A stretch of 26,839 nucleotides of DNA from a virus (Duplodnaviria > Caudoviricetes), in the IMG/VR virus record IMGVR_UViG_3300044723_005676, positions 1 to 26,839 of that record; one strand, 5' to 3'. Below, one piece after another: positions 1 to 9,846 of this stretch (position 1 is the stretch's first letter; each line of letters begins with the position of its first letter). Below the pieces are notes generated by a model. The model saw only the letters and a program-made list of their open reading frames with translations. It was not told the DNA's origin and did not search any database. A program made the translations under genes and the position numbers.

Positions 1-3000
1 CCTTCTAAGTTGGATTCGTTTTCTCTTGTTCCTGCTCTATCCCCAATATCAAAGGCGGGGAAAGAATCATACATGCTATCGGAATCCATTCTTTTAGTAT
101 ATGATTTGCTAAGCGTATTCAAGCGAATTTTATTTGGTGATTTATCCCAAAAGCAAATAGGGTTCGGTTGCATAATTTTATATTTAGTATTAGCCACAAG
201 CAATTCATCGGTCAATAATACACACGATGGATTACCGCTATTCTCTGAAATGTCATATTCGTGAGAAACAACATAAATAATTTTATTATCATTAACAGTC
301 ACTTCATGGTTGCTAGCCAGAGAAGTTCCAGAAACAACATCATTAGAATCATAATATTTACCTTCTTCTGCTGGAACTAAATAACAACCAGTTAAATCAA
401 TAAACTTAAGGAAAAGATTTTCACCTGTTAAGTCTAGGTTTAATTTCTTAAGAGTTGTTCCTTTAATTGACGAAACGCTATTATCTGCAACTGTTGAAGG
501 GGCGATTAAGTGTGGTTTGAATCCAAGGTATGCTCCACCGCTAGTATTTGTTTTAGCAGAATAAAACTCTTTAGTGGTTGCGATATTATAAGTAGGATAA
601 GTAAGAAATCGCCCCTCTTCGTCTTTATTGGGGCTAGCAAAACCATACCCTAAAGCGGCTTCATGCAAAAATGGTGAAGTTATTCCTTGAATAAGAGGTT
701 CATCTTCTGTATTAAAGGTTTTAAGAGCAACAACTTTCAAACCACCTATACTATCTTCAACACTTGCTATTCCAGTTGCTACATCTAAACCTTGATAAAA
801 CTTTAGTAATTCGGAACCAGCATAGGTCTTCTGTGTAATTTTATTAGCCGACCAAGTGTATAAATCTCCATCGCTGTTTTTAGCCACAGTAAAATCAAAG
901 AAAGGCTCAATAAAATTATTCGTTCCTATGGTGAACAATCTATTTAAGCCCTCAAAAGCAATAGGCAGCAAAAAGGTTTGTATTCCATGAGTTGTTCCTT
1001 TTTGTAAATTGTAGAAAGAAGAAGGCATGTCAGAATCAGCAACTGCATCTTCCCGATAATAAGTAGTCCAAGAGGTAGGGTTATCGTTATTGGTAATGAC
1101 CCCTTTTAACATGTGAATATTAACTCCATTTCCAAGAGATTCAGCAACTCTAAACAGAAGGGTTTCTTCTTCTGCTCTCCCAATAATTCTGCTAGTTTCC
1201 GTTAAAACATCGGCATCTGCAAAATAAACATTATCTCCTACGGAGTATTTTCTTGAACCTGAATCCGTAGCATTATAGAAACCAATATTAATTTTGTCAT
1301 TAGTCACGGTATCTGTTGCTAACCCAGTCACAAAACCAATAATTTGATTAGTATCAATATCTAAGATTAAATCATTTGTAGCAACATTGTTAACCGTATC
1401 GTTCATAACAATACCCCCATTATCTACCGAAGAAACTGTTAAATCTGTTCCACCGTTTTTAACGGTGGTTGCATTGAAAAAGGGGATGCTAGTCGCTTCT
1501 ATTACTCTATCTTTAGGAATATCAAATTCAGGATTAATCGGGTTAAATGCCCAATCATATACTACATCTGTTAGCCTCATTAACCCAATTCTTTTTAGGT
1601 CTGATAAAACCTTGTCGCTACTAATAATAGAAGAATGTTTGTAATCATTATCTATGTTAGTAATTGTTGAAGAATCGCCAACAATTTCATTTTTGGTAGA
1701 ACCCGTATTTGTTTTTCTAGGTGCAGAAATTGATAATAAACCATGTGCGTCTAAAAACTTATTTGCGTCTGCATCGGAAGCCTTTGCGACCATTAAACTA
1801 TCTTTACGAGTTGATGAGTAGAGTAATCTATCTGAGTTGCAGAATAAAAATAGTCTTGCTGCTTTTGGGTCAATTTGATACAACTTATCCCTAATGTCAT
1901 ATGGGTTGTCATAGTTATTTATTTGATTACTTATTCTAACATCTGGTTGAGAGGACTGAATAACACAATTAGTATCAACAGAACTTGTGAACTCCCTATC
2001 TACATAAGATGAACCAATAATTGGTTTATACCCTCTAGTTGCTAAGGCATGATGATTGTTATTAGTTGTGCCTGTTTTACTATGGACTGTTAAACCCCCA
2101 GACAAATCGGGGTGTCCCTGCAATCCTTCTACATAATAATTTAGTAGGGGACTATCTCCATAATACGATTGCCTTCGTCCCTTATCTGTATCATTTTTCA
2201 TAAGGTAAGTTTTATCTTGGCCCAACTTTCCTTTCTCAATGTTTTTAATTCTAATAATATCTGCGCCAAACTTTTGCTTAAGAGAAGTTTCAGTAGGGTT
2301 TTGGGTATAATAACTGGATAGGCTAAAATCAATGGGAAGATTATTAGGCCCAAGATAATTAACCATTTTTGACCCATGAAGATGCGCTCCGTTTGTAAAT
2401 AAGAAACTGCGAGTCTTTTTTCCATCTCCCATCTGTAATGTATCTAATTGGGAATAAGTAATATCCCTATCTAAATACACTTCAACATTATACATTGGGC
2501 TATCGGAGGCAACTGTTCTACTTCCTAAAAATATACCAACAAATTGTCCATCTTTATATACACTAGTCCCAATAGATATGCTATAATCAAAGGTATTAGA
2601 ATAGCAGTTAATCTTATTGCTTGTTCCTGCCGAAGAAGAAATAACCGCAAAAGTAGTAAAAGAATCGTCAGGAGTTGCTCTATTATCCTTCTCTCTTCCC
2701 AAAGTAAGGGGCATATAAGGAGCCAGTTTTACAGTTTTTATGTTATCCCCTTTTACTGAAAGAATAGTAAAGTCAATTAAAGTATTTACAATATCATCTG
2801 AAAAACCAGTAATATCTAAATTAAAATCTAAATCACTATCAAGGTTCTTCACTTTATCAATATTATAACCTGTTGCTTTTGCAGAAGCATCGTCCGAAGT
2901 CCCAACTAAAGTTTCCCCGTCTGCTAATGCATTGAAATTTCCTGTTAATTTAATCCCATCTCTAAAATGAAATCCTTTATCGCTAGTTCCTGTAAGTGTC

Positions 3001-5057
3001 GTAACACTTGCTACATCTTTATTTCCAGCAAGGGCTTTATTTAATACATAAAGTTTTGAGTTTTCTTTGAACACCGTTGTAGCCGAAGAAGCCCTAGTGT
3101 AAGGATAATCATATAACTCATACCCAGTCCCGCTTCCACTCTCCACTTGACCGATATAACCATGTTCGCACCATAAGTGTTCATTAACTGATAAGGAAAC
3201 AGATGAAGTAAAAGTAATTGTTTTGTCGTCAAAATCCCAAGTAGCGGTCTGTCCCGTGGTAATTAAATCATTATATGGACTTTGGCTACTATAAATAATA
3301 TCGCTAGTAAAAAGAGTGTTCTTATTAATAATCACATCAACTAGTTTTGCTAAGGAGTTTCTCGCCTTAATATCCATAAAAGTTTGGCCTTGGTCTAACC
3401 TTCTTTCTGTTTGGTCTATTGAACCGTAAAAGACCTCATAATATAAAACAAAGTTTCCCTGTATTCTCTCAAGACCACTTGTGCTATCTAGGATATTATT
3501 TCCAAAAGTAATTGAAAGAATACCGTAGTCGTCGTTAGTGTTGGTAATTAAAGAGCCAATATCACAATATTTTACTGGATAAGAAGGTGCTTGAACCAAT
3601 CCCGACATACGGGATAATTTGCTCTCTTCAAAACTGGCGGAAGTAATATAAGTCCCGTCTAAGTGCGAGAGTCTTCTCCTATACACCTTATCGCCTTGTG
3701 TGAATGTGCTAAGTGAGGTTGTAGAGGTAAAAGCCGATTCTGTTTCTAAGCGACTATCTGCCTTCAAGGTAATTTCGTGGGTGCTGGACACCGAATCAAT
3801 AATGCAGACTCTTGACCCAATTTTAACTTCCATGTTCGCAACGAAGAACAGGTTTGGCCTTTCTTTGAGTTGCGTCAAAGAGTAGGTTCTCGGAGAAGTG
3901 TGTAGGGTTTCAATTGTTCCAACCTCAACCCATTCTCTCAAATTATCTTCTTGTAGGCGTTGATAGGCAACGACCCTATCATCAACAAAAACTCTGTTAG
4001 AAAGATTTTTTGTAATGTCAATAAGAGAAAGTTCAGCAAACCCTGCTTTATCAAAAGAATCTTCAATTTCTGCTTCATAAACCAAGGGAATGTTATTGTT
4101 AATTTCGGGAGAGTCATTATAGTAAATGTATCTTGTATTCCCAGTAAAAACTTTTGTAGATACATCATCATTGGTGTCTCTTTTTGCATTAATAAAACAA
4201 TCGTTATAATCTGTTAATGTAGTATATGTTCCAGATAAAACTGCGCTTTCGTTGCTTGTCCCATCATCGGGGTCGTCTAATTCTTTTAATTCATCCTTGA
4301 GAGTAATGCTATAATTAAAGCGACTATAATCAACAATTTTATTTCTGTAATCACTAACAGTAACAAATGTAGTGTTATCTCCACCCGTATTCAATAGAAT
4401 AGAAGCATCCGTTGAAGTGTTTGCTAAGGTCTTTGTTCTAATAAAATATTTATCGTTGTGGTCTAACTCGCCAGCAGTATCAAGTTTATCATCGTAAAAA
4501 TAGAAGTGAGGGCGAGCGCAAACTAACTTAGACACTTCCGTTTTAATTCCAGCAGTAATCGCAATTAAATTTGTGGTTGTTGATGGCCCTTTGAAAAGCA
4601 TAAACTTAACATCTTTAGCAATTTCACTTCCGAGTCTTGGGCTAAAGTGAAACTTATCGCCGTCTTGGTCTGCGCCGACCCCAGTAATTTGAGTAATTTT
4701 AGCAAAATGATGCATATTTTCATCATCAGAATGAATGAGAACAAAGTAATCGTTTGTGCTTAAATCCACCGAAGCCAAGTCAATCCCGACATTGTTAAAG
4801 GAATCAAAACAACGAATAGAAAAACCATCAGTAGCGTGAAGATTGGAATACTCCGTAAGCAAATCTGCTCCGCTTGTGATTTCATCAAACCTTGCGGCGG
4901 CAGGTGTAGCGGCTCCACTACTTAACACTAAAGAAAAGATTCTATTTCCTGCACTCAAAACAGGATTAAAGGTAATCAAAGGATTAGTAGGGGTATCATA
5001 ATTGTTGTTTGCAGGAGAGTTATAAGAAGTGATTAATCCACCAATTTCAACAGTCAT
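1..5057 (-). CDS. Giant tail/baseplate or host-attachment protein, >1685 aa, 3' end beyond the window (absent from the ORF track)
   Basis: ATG at 5057 overlaps the upstream TGA (ATGA) and follows GAGGAGGTGG. Manual translation (MTVEIGGLITSYNSPANNNYDTPTNP...GDRAGTRENESNLE) found no stop down to position 3. T/S/D/N-rich beta-type composition; lies downstream of the tape measure and LamG genes. Confidence 0.85.
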   Translation of the reverse strand, partial: MTVEIGGLITSYNSPANNNYDTPTNPLITFNPVLSAGNRIFSLVLSSGAATPAAARFDEITSGADLLTEYSNLHATDGFSIRCFDSFNNVGIDLASVDLSTNDYFVLIHSDDENMHHFAKITQITGVGADQDGDKFHFSPRLGSEIAKDVKFMLFKGPSTTTNLIAITAGIKTEVSKLVCARPHFYFYDDKLDTAGELDHNDKYFIRTKTLANTSTDASILLNTGGDNTTFVTVSDYRNKIVDYSRFNYSITLKDELKELDDPDDGTSNESAVLSGTYTTLTDYNDCFINAKRDTNDDVSTKVFTGNTRYIYYNDSPEINNNIPLVYEAEIEDSFDKAGFAELSLIDITKNLSNRVFVDDRVVAYQRLQEDNLREWVEVGTIETLHTSPRTYSLTQLKERPNLFFVANMEVKIGSRVCIIDSVSSTHEITLKADSRLETESAFTSTTSLSTFTQGDKVYRRRLSHLDGTYITSASFEESKLSRMSGLVQAPSYPVKYCDIGSLITNTNDDYGILSITFGNNILDSTSGLERIQGNFVLYYEVFYGSIDQTERRLDQGQTFMDIKARNSLAKLVDVIINKNTLFTSDIIYSSQSPYNDLITTGQTATWDFDDKTITFTSSVSLSVNEHLWCEHGYIGQVESGSGTGYELYDYPYTRASSATTVFKENSKLYVLNKALAGNKDVASVTTLTGTSDKGFHFRDGIKLTGNFNALADGETLVGTSDDASAKATGYNIDKVKNLDSDLDFNLDITGFSDDIVNTLIDFTILSVKGDNIKTVKLAPYMPLTLGREKDNRATPDDSFTTFAVISSSAGTSNKINCYSNTFDYSISIGTSVYKDGQFVGIFLGSRTVASDSPMYNVEVYLDRDITYSQLDTLQMGDGKKTRSFLFTNGAHLHGSKMVNYLGPNNLPIDFSLSSYYTQNPTETSLKQKFGADIIRIKNIEKGKLGQDKTYLMKNDTDKGRRQSYYGDSPLLNYYVEGLQGHPDLSGGLTVHSKTGTTNNNHHALATRGYKPIIGSSYVDREFTSSVDTNCVIQSSQPDVRISNQINNYDNPYDIRDKLYQIDPKAARLFLFCNSDRLLYSSTRKDSLMVAKASDADANKFLDAHGLLSISAPRKTNTGSTKNEIVGDSSTITNIDNDYKHSSIISSDKVLSDLKRIGLMRLTDVVYDWAFNPINPEFDIPKDRVIEATSIPFFNATTVKNGGTDLTVSSVDNGGIVMNDTVNNVATNDLILDIDTNQIIGFVTGLATDTVTNDKINIGFYNATDSGSRKYSVGDNVYFADADVLTETSRIIGRAEEETLLFRVAESLGNGVNIHMLKGVITNNDNPTSWTTYYREDAVADSDMPSSFYNLQKGTTHGIQTFLLPIAFEGLNRLFTIGTNNFIEPFFDFTVAKNSDGDLYTWSANKITQKTYAGSELLKFYQGLDVATGIASVEDSIGGLKVVALKTFNTEDEPLIQGITSPFLHEAALGYGFASPNKDEEGRFLTYPTYNIATTKEFYSAKTNTSGGAYLGFKPHLIAPSTVADNSVSSIKGTTLKKLNLDLTGENLFLKFIDLTGCYLVPAEEGKYYDSNDVVSGTSLASNHEVTVNDNKIIYVVSHEYDISENSGNPSCVLLTDELLVANTKYKIMQPNPICFWDKSPNKIRLNTLSKSYTKRMDSDSMYDSFPAFDIGDRAGTRENESNLE

Positions 5058-6193
5058 AAGTCCACCTCCTCAAATCTCAAATAAAGTAGTGAAGTATCGT
5101 ATGCAGGGAACAAAGAGTTAGTGTATGTAATTTCTGTTTTTTCAAAGTTTTCTATGGCTAACTCATGCAATTCTCCCATAAATTGCATATCAGTTGAAGC
5201 ATCATTATTAGAAGAAGTGTTCTTACCTAAAATACAATCTGTTCGTGCAAAACTAAAGTCTGCGACTTCGCTATGCGTCCCAGTCAAAACCAATCTGCGA
5301 TTGTAGAAAACCCTTACTGTTTTTCCTGCATCATTATATGACACGGCAATATGATGCATATTTTCGGCATACTTAGGTTCTTTGAAAGTAGGAATATACA
5401 ACTCTGTTTCATCAGCAATTGCATCAACGCTACTTGAAAAAGTAAGAGTGCTAGCCCCAACGCCGCTTGAAGCAATTGTTCCAATAGAAGTAAAAGTAAA
5501 GCCATCCCGTGTATATACTTCTTGGCCATCAAAGAAAATATCTGTTAAGGCTCTTGAACCATGAACCTCCGTAGTATTAACAGAAAGAACACTTCCACTA
5601 GTATGAGCAGTAGTTAATCTAGCGACGCTATCATACACAATTTCTCCACGCTTATTAAACCCGCTTAAGTTATTCCTAACATGGGAATCTCCATAAGACC
5701 AGTTTTTGGGAGTTGAAGAAGAAATAACAATTGGGCTAGTAAAGGTTTCTTGAACAGAATTAAGAGTTAAATATACTTTAATTTTATACTCTGCTGGCTG
5801 GTTATTGTTTGTTGAAGTAGAATTAAGCAAAGTAATTCTAAAATTGTCGTTGTGAAAAATGCACATTTCATGGGAGTATCTGTCAGCAACGGACAGGTAG
5901 GTTTCGCTGATTTTGCCCGACCCACCTTGAGGCATGATAAGGTCATTCGTTTGTTGCGCCGTTCTGCCTCTAAGACCCGTTGCCCCTGTTCCGTTTATGT
6001 CGTAGGGTGTGAGGATTGCCTCAAAAGTGAACGAGCCTGAATGCGCCCATAACCCATGCGGAACATCATCGGTTGTGTCGCTTGGTGTGCCGAAAACATC
6101 GGGTATGTTAGCCGAATAATCAATATTGATATGAGCATTACACATAATAGGAAAAACAATGCTTTTTTGTTTTCCGATGTAAATGTCATACAT
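5054..6193 (-). CDS. LamG/concanavalin A-like tail protein with a large insertion (379 aa)
   Basis: Start reassigned to ATG 6193 (MYDIYIGK) after the SD TGAGGTGG. LamG-type motifs: SFTFEAIL, MHHIAVSYN..TVRVFYN, CILGK, FMGELHELAI. Confidence 0.75.
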   Translation of the reverse strand: MYDIYIGKQKSIVFPIMCNAHINIDYSANIPDVFGTPSDTTDDVPHGLWAHSGSFTFEAILTPYDINGTGATGLRGRTAQQTNDLIMPQGGSGKISETYLSVADRYSHEMCIFHNDNFRITLLNSTSTNNNQPAEYKIKVYLTLNSVQETFTSPIVISSSTPKNWSYGDSHVRNNLSGFNKRGEIVYDSVARLTTAHTSGSVLSVNTTEVHGSRALTDIFFDGQEVYTRDGFTFTSIGTIASSGVGASTLTFSSSVDAIADETELYIPTFKEPKYAENMHHIAVSYNDAGKTVRVFYNRRLVLTGTHSEVADFSFARTDCILGKNTSSNNDASTDMQFMGELHELAIENFEKTEITYTNSLFPAYDTSLLYLRFEEVDL

Positions 6194-6203
6194 AAATACC
6201 ACC

Positions 6204-6881
6204 TCAAGGAAAAATATTAGCAATCTTAAAAGAAAGAGTAAAACCAATATCTGTTGGAGCATCTGCTTCTAAACTGAAACCAAAACTATCAACATACCCC
6301 TTTAATCCTGTTTGTGTATCTAAAGCACTTTGGGTGCTTCCTTCTGGAAAACTTTTGGGAAGAGGAACACCCGTGTTATCTTTTTCAAAAGCATTACCTC
6401 TTGCGGCAAAAGTAAAAGGCATTTTTAATACGCTACTTCTTTCGTTATATTCATGGTCTATATTTGATTGAATAAAGAAAACTAACTCGGAAATAGTTTG
6501 GTGAAAAGCCAACCCTGAAGAATCTACGCTAGAAGCAATTAATTGGGCAATTTCTTCTGCCGTCATATCAACGGCTACAACTGCGCTATCGTCGTCATCG
6601 GGGTCTACTCTAGTATGTGTTCTTCTAATCGTTTGATTAGTAATAACCCCTTGTATTTCAATAGACTTTTCTCCAAAGCCTAAATCTACGCCGACTCGCT
6701 CCGCTTCTCCACGAACAAGGCTTGATAGAGGAACAGGAACATTCGGAACTGTTCTATTAACATTTACTGAAATAGAAGTTGTCTTAAGAGGAATAGTATT
6801 TATATTTAATCCATCCGATGTATTAAAAGAGCGAGTTTTAAGAAAAACATAATGCGTAGCGTCATTCACAGTAATACCCAT
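6204..6881 (-). CDS. Putative distal tail/tail tip protein (225 aa)
   Basis: Directly after the tape measure gene, beta-rich, SD TGAGGTGA. Function inferred from synteny only. Confidence 0.5.
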   Translation of the reverse strand: MGITVNDATHYVFLKTRSFNTSDGLNINTIPLKTTSISVNVNRTVPNVPVPLSSLVRGEAERVGVDLGFGEKSIEIQGVITNQTIRRTHTRVDPDDDDSAVVAVDMTAEEIAQLIASSVDSSGLAFHQTISELVFFIQSNIDHEYNERSSVLKMPFTFAARGNAFEKDNTGVPLPKSFPEGSTQSALDTQTGLKGYVDSFGFSLEADAPTDIGFTLSFKIANIFP

Positions 6882-6890
6882 TTAATCACC

Positions 6891-9122
6891 TCAAACAATG
6901 TTTGCTCCTCGCTTACGGTTCATCTTTTGATTAATTTGCTTTCCAATTTCATCTGCTATTCTTCTCATTTCTGCCTTAGAAGTATCTTTAGCATTAATTG
7001 TAATTGAGAAGTTATTGTGATTTACTACGGAAGAACCACCAACTAATTGTCTTGAGCGTTCATTTGAAATAACATTTGAACCCTGCCTTCCCACTAAGAT
7101 TTCTGGCCCCCTTTCTCCAACAACAGTTAAAGGAGTATTAATTTTTCCACCATCGGCTTTGAAACCAAAAAGACCTTTTAATCCCTTTACAAACCCATCT
7201 TCAAAGGCTTTTACAAGCATAGCAGCAAGAGCGACAACAACCCCAGTTATAGCAATTACTAGAATGGCGGGTAATCCGATAGTAAATGCAGCAATAGCCG
7301 CAACAATAAATACTGCCGCCTTCATAGCGGCTTTTGCTCCTTGATTCGTAAGTTTATCTATTTGTTCAACAACTAAATCTTTAAACCCAATAACAAAACC
7401 ATAAAGTAGGGCGGGGAAAGTCCCAAGCCACCCCACAACTAATCCAACTCCTATTTGAATAATACCAAAGAGAATTTTTCCTACCCCTTCAAATAACTTA
7501 AAAATATCTCCGCCTTTGAATGCTTGATAAATATCATAAAATCCACTAAAAATATTTTTAAGACCTGCTAATATTGGAACAATAGCAACCTTATAAAAAT
7601 CCATAAGGTATTTAAACATTGATAAAATTGGTTTCTTTAGAAGAGTAAATATCATAAAGAAAAGAACAAGATAAAGTAATGCGCTCATAAAAAACTTTCC
7701 AGCCATTTTCATAACAGGCAAAATGTTCTTAAAATTCTTTTTTAGAATTGAAAATTGTAGTAAGGATAACTCAAACAGTTTTGGGCCAAGCCCAAATATA
7801 ATCTTGGTAGATAGTTTAACTTGCTCAAGTATCATTCCTAATCTACTCTGTCCACCGCCAGCAGTTGCGCCTCTTTTGGGAAGTGCTTTCCCAGAATAAA
7901 CCTTTGATTGTGGAGGTGGCCCTTTCAATAAATCCTTTCCTCCTTGAATACTTTCTCCCAAAATATCAAAGCCTTGTAATTTCTTAAATGCCTCTTTTAT
8001 TGATTTTGTGAATTTTCCCCCACCTAAACCTTGTGCTGATTCAGAAATTTTTAATATAGCATCATCTAATTCTCCAATACTAGAATCGTCTATTGCTACT
8101 CCTGAACTTAACAACTCTTCCTTTCTCTTTTTTAATAATTCAACTCTTCTAGCGGCTTCTTCACTTCCTCCGCCTAATTTTCTAACCATGCCTCCCATTA
8201 ATTGAAAACCCGAACTTAATTTATTCACCAATCTAAACATTCCAGGCGGAAAGAAACCATACATAACTTTACGGAATTTTGCACCTTCAATACCAAACAA
8301 AGTAATTTCTTCTCTTGTTCCCGAAAGACCTTCTGCAAGAAACTCAAATATATTTCCTCCTTGTTGCCTATATGCCTTAAGTGTTTCACTCATTCCCTTT
8401 CCTAAAACTTGGAAAGATTGGAAAGTAGTAGAACCACTCACTTTATTTAATTCAATAATTGTTTTTGTTAAAACAGTTGTTCTTTTATTAAAGTCAGTTA
8501 CAACATCTCCAACTCTAGTCACTTCTTGACCGTATTTATTGAGTAAAATAACGCCATCGCCTGCTTCGTTATTCATTTCAAATATGCCTCTTTCAGCATT
8601 TTTAACTTTCAAACCGAGCGTTTCAGCAACAACACCCAGTTTATTTGCCGCTTCTTCTGCTTCTTTTGCGGCCTTTGTTGCCTTTTCTTGCTCTTGTCTC
8701 TGCTTGATGGTAGCAATACGCATTTTTTTCTGCCTATCTTCCATCTTTTCTAAAGTAATGGCCATCTTCTCCAAGACTTCAGTATAGTTTGCAGACTCAA
8801 CAATAACCTGTTGAGTTTCAGTAGTATTTTCTGCAATACCTATACCTACTCTACCTAAATTGCTATCCATGTGTTTAAGGGTTTGAGTCACCCTATTCAC
8901 ATGGTTTTCTAAACCATGCATTTCTTGACGGTTTTTAATAACGATATTTGTTATGGTTTCAAACGACCCTACTAATTTATTAACTTCGGTATTGGTTTTT
9001 ACAACCTGTTCTCTGAACTTAAAAGTTTCTTCTCGCAATTTAAGAAATGCTCTCTCTGCTCCTTCTGCTTCACCTTTAATGGTTCGCATTTTATCAATAG
9101 AAGCATCAAGAGTATCAGCCAT
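6891..9122 (-). CDS. Tail tape measure protein (743 aa)
   Basis: N-terminal coiled coil, several hydrophobic segments in the C-terminal half, and the typical TMP C-terminal motif ADGG..TVVGERGPEILV. Follows the G/GT chaperone. Confidence 0.9.
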   Translation of the reverse strand: MADTLDASIDKMRTIKGEAEGAERAFLKLREETFKFREQVVKTNTEVNKLVGSFETITNIVIKNRQEMHGLENHVNRVTQTLKHMDSNLGRVGIGIAENTTETQQVIVESANYTEVLEKMAITLEKMEDRQKKMRIATIKQRQEQEKATKAAKEAEEAANKLGVVAETLGLKVKNAERGIFEMNNEAGDGVILLNKYGQEVTRVGDVVTDFNKRTTVLTKTIIELNKVSGSTTFQSFQVLGKGMSETLKAYRQQGGNIFEFLAEGLSGTREEITLFGIEGAKFRKVMYGFFPPGMFRLVNKLSSGFQLMGGMVRKLGGGSEEAARRVELLKKRKEELLSSGVAIDDSSIGELDDAILKISESAQGLGGGKFTKSIKEAFKKLQGFDILGESIQGGKDLLKGPPPQSKVYSGKALPKRGATAGGGQSRLGMILEQVKLSTKIIFGLGPKLFELSLLQFSILKKNFKNILPVMKMAGKFFMSALLYLVLFFMIFTLLKKPILSMFKYLMDFYKVAIVPILAGLKNIFSGFYDIYQAFKGGDIFKLFEGVGKILFGIIQIGVGLVVGWLGTFPALLYGFVIGFKDLVVEQIDKLTNQGAKAAMKAAVFIVAAIAAFTIGLPAILVIAITGVVVALAAMLVKAFEDGFVKGLKGLFGFKADGGKINTPLTVVGERGPEILVGRQGSNVISNERSRQLVGGSSVVNHNNFSITINAKDTSKAEMRRIADEIGKQINQKMNRKRGANIV

Positions 9123-9126
9123 AATA

Positions 9127-9342
9127 TCACTTCTTTTTCATGGCTTTTTCCATTTCTTCTGATTTAAGAAGTTCAACATTATAGTGAACAGAAAGTAAAT
9201 CTCTTACCAAACTGGCGGGCATTTTGTATATTTCAAGTGGGCTTATTGCTAATGCTTTCGCTAATGTATAAACCATAATCAAAGAAGCATCCGATGGAGA
9301 GGCTTTACCTCCCTTCAGAATTGCCCTTATTCTTCGTTTTTT
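9127..9342 (-). CDS. gpT-like -1 frame extension of the tail assembly chaperone (GT fusion of about 190 aa)
   Basis: The -1 frame after A AAA AAC reads RRIRAILKGGKASPSDASLIMVYTLAKALAISPLEIYKMPASLVRDLLSVHYNVELLKSEEMEKAMKKK*, ending 4 nt before the TMP ATG. Confidence 0.8.
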   Translation of the reverse strand, partial: KKRRIRAILKGGKASPSDASLIMVYTLAKALAISPLEIYKMPASLVRDLLSVHYNVELLKSEEMEKAMKKK

Positions 9343-9698
9343 TGGTCATCCTCCTCAATTGCACTAAATGGCGAGGGGAGGATTTCCTTTAACTGATTCC
9401 CTACATAGGGAGTTAAGCGGAGCATGTCAATTGATGAGAGAACTGGCTCAGTCTTAACGATGAAGTTTTCAACCATATATCTAAACATAGCGTTTAAATC
9501 AATATCCATGTCTTGACGCTTTGCATCAATTTTCATCATGCTATTCATGGCTTTGTCAATCTCAAGCCATGTAGGTTCTTTGACCCACACCTTGAGGTAT
9601 TCATCGCTTTCTGGTGCTACACGAATATAGTGTAGTTTCGGCTCGGTTAGTGCAAATAGCACCGACTTATCATTTACAGTTTTCTTATCTTTCAACAT
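9327..9698 (-). CDS. Tail assembly chaperone (lambda gpG-like, 123 aa)
   Basis: Between tail tube and TMP and ends in a slippery site. Start reassigned to ATG 9698, since the track's GTG at 9707 is part of the SD AGGTGG. Confidence 0.8.
   Translation of the reverse strand: MLKDKKTVNDKSVLFALTEPKLHYIRVAPESDEYLKVWVKEPTWLEIDKAMNSMMKIDAKRQDMDIDLNAMFRYMVENFIVKTEPVLSSIDMLRLTPYVGNQLKEILPSPFSAIEEDDQKNEE
9336..9342 (-). promoter_or_regulatory. -1 programmed ribosomal frameshift slippery heptamer A AAA AAC
   Basis: X XXY YYZ heptamer in the correct phase (CAA AAA AAC), two codons before the chaperone stop; GAGGAGG lies 7 nt upstream (9350-9356). Confidence 0.8.
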
Positions 9699-9747
9699 AT
9701 TCTCCACCTTCTAACCAACAAACAAACAAACGGTGTTGGTGGAATAT
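9697..9747 (-). promoter_or_regulatory. Structured intergenic element: nested/alternative inverted repeats around a (GTTT)n tract
   Basis: On the minus strand, ATATTCCACC can pair with GGTGG(AG)AATAT (SD plus start region), or ACCAACA can pair with TGTTGGT. Confidence 0.4.
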
Positions 9748-9842
9748 TACTCAGTTAATTTTGAAGTCTTCTTTTTCTTTTTTTCTCGCTCAAGCCTTCT
9801 TTGCTCGGCGGCGGCTTTTCTCATATCCTTTTTAGTAGCCAT
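9747..9842 (-). CDS. 31-aa basic micro-protein MATKKDMRKAAAEQRRLEREKKKKKTSKLTE
   Basis: ATG 4 nt after the tail tube stop with SD GGGGTGA; same junction sequence as the TMP start; below the ORF track size cutoff. Confidence 0.6.
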   Translation of the reverse strand: MATKKDMRKAAAEQRRLEREKKKKKTSKLTE

Positions 9843-9846
9843 AATA

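Noticed and set aside
2198-4189. Short minus-strand ORFs 2198-2425, 3041-3232 and 3938-4189
   Set aside because: They are out-of-frame ORFs nested in the giant 1-5057 gene.
6194-6262. Hydrophobic signal-peptide-like N-terminus on the 402-aa ORF
   Set aside because: Artefact of an upstream start overlapping the previous gene; the SD supports ATG 6193.
9716-9731. (AAAC)n repeat as a CRISPR or satellite array
   Set aside because: Only about four 4-nt units with no spacers.
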